64,000 bases of DNA, from positions 36,394,001 to 36,458,000 of the forward strand of contig CM060732.1 of the NCBI GenBank assembly GCA_030704615.1, written 5' to 3'. The notes beneath the pieces were generated by a model. It was not told where the DNA came from, did not search any database, and worked only from the letters and a program-made list of their open reading frames with translations. This document shows positions 62,901 through 64,000 of the stretch, piece after piece. The position numbers were made by a program, and so were the translations under genes. Positions within the stretch are counted from its first letter, which is position 1. Each line of letters opens with the position of its first letter. The DNA is from Takakia lepidozioides. Taxonomy: Eukaryota > Plantae > Bryophyta.

Positions 62901-63898
62901 ACAGTCAGGCTATGATTATGCCCTTCAACCAAATTCCCATTGTGCTGGATTTGGCTTGGAAGGAATTTAGTCCTCCGCAGTCGTTGGCACATTACTACCA
63001 GATCATGCGCATTTGGTTGCCAGTGGCAATTCGGACTAAGGTTCTTCCGAACAATCGACCCATTGAGGATTATCACTTTGCAAGGTACTGGTTTGAGGCA
63101 GGTACCATGCTGAAGGAATTAATTGTCTTCCAGGTTGTACATGGGTACATCTATACCAAGACCAAGGAGGTATCTAGTATTGTCATGGGCTGTGGATTAT
63201 ACTATGCTGCTTGTTTTATGGCATGTTATCACATTGAGTAGCAGTAGATGCAATCACGATTTCTGAGTTATTCCAGTGGGGATCATTGGGTCTTACCTTC
63301 AGTGCCACCTCATATGTACCTGTATGATGCAAAAGTTATGGTGCAGAAGGATTCCCAACTTCATTCATGGTTTAATTCGGCTTGGAACAATTTGGCAATA
63401 GAGAAATTCGGCCATGATGATATTTTCTTTAAGGGACATGAAGCCTGGAAATACTTACACTGTTCCAAAGTCATTGGCACACCTCTCACCTGTACGGCTA
63501 AGGAGTTCAGGGCGTTCACTAATTTTGCTTGCAAGCGCTTACAGCAAGTCGTACAGTTTAAACTTCCAGACATAGTGGGCCCACATTGTATGCCGCGAAG
63601 GATTCCCGAGAAGCCACTTAAAGTTCGGCCGTTAAAACACCTAAGGGGGGACGAGGATTCTGATACTACTCATTCTTCAGAGGACTCTTTTGACATGGCA
63701 GAGGACTATGCACTTCAGATGGCAGAGAAGAAACGACGGGGATCTCCTATGCCTGAGAGGTTACCACGTTATCAGCCAAAGGGGGGTCAGACATTTCTAG
63801 GTAGTGCTCAATCGTCTCCGTCAGCCAGTGACATGACTCGGGCTCGTACACGGAGTCCTTCACGAGACTCTCACCGACAGAAGGGTGCTCGCTCATAA
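59936..63898 (+). pseudogene. ~1320-codon accessory ORF of the Gypsy element, interrupted by five in-frame stops
   Basis: Track ORFs 59936, 61025, 61694, 62795 and 63248 share one frame. The N-part resembles the plant-transposon/Athila-ORF1-like domain (MLQFLQNF...VRGVDIEITPQYLQQLF). The centre is a long coiled coil. Confidence 0.85.
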
Positions 63899-64000
63899 AG
63901 GTTTGCTGATCCCAAACAGTAAATCGTGAGGACACGGCTTTTTGAGAGGGGGAGGGGTAATGTTAGAGGGCTGCTTGGGACTTAGACGCTTTTACGGGTT

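Larger units (their letters stand above)
57115..64000 (+). mobile_element. Non-chromovirus Ty3/Gypsy retrotransposon (Athila/Tat-like), 5'-deleted, with an extra ORF after pol; 3' LTR begins at ~63961
   Basis: RT end and RNase H (LRRFLGQTSYYRRFV...NYSTTEREALA...VDHQAL), integrase (GYWWPTLFKD...WGLDIVGP...ISDQGSHF...YYPQGNGQAE...WKGPY), and PPT gagagggggagggg at 63944-63957 followed by TGTTAG. Confidence 0.9.

Noticed and set aside
59936-63898. Stops removed by U-to-C RNA editing
   Set aside because: Reverse editing is known from plant organelles. This is nuclear TE sequence, and methyl-C deamination explains the pattern more simply.

Overview
Eukaryotic nuclear DNA from a land plant. A seed-free lineage such as a bryophyte is my inference from gene and TE types, not something demonstrated here. 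The window is dominated by transposons and decayed gene fragments. Three apparently intact host genes cluster in the middle: an intronless PPR-like mitochondrial protein similar to Arabidopsis At4g15640/At3g21465 (22195-23496, -), a 6-exon EAF6/MEAF6 NuA4 subunit (27446-29759, +) and a 6-exon CYP704-family P450 (31542-34730, -). The left part holds degenerate PLS-type PPR repeats, a bounded Ty3/Gypsy chromovirus (3108-8755, TSD ATGAA) lacking RT/RNase H, a second decayed Gypsy element, and fragments of Sec13, clathrin heavy chain and a hAT transposase. The right part holds a pile-up of four hAT-type MITEs, a trihelix pseudogene, a tandem array of fold-back hairpins, two pieces of a MULE/SWIM transposase, and a non-chromovirus Gypsy element with a ~1320-codon extra ORF after pol. 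A tRNA-headed SINE-like family with a conserved 3' TTCG hairpin is scattered across the window. All coordinates and homologies were read by eye, without searches.
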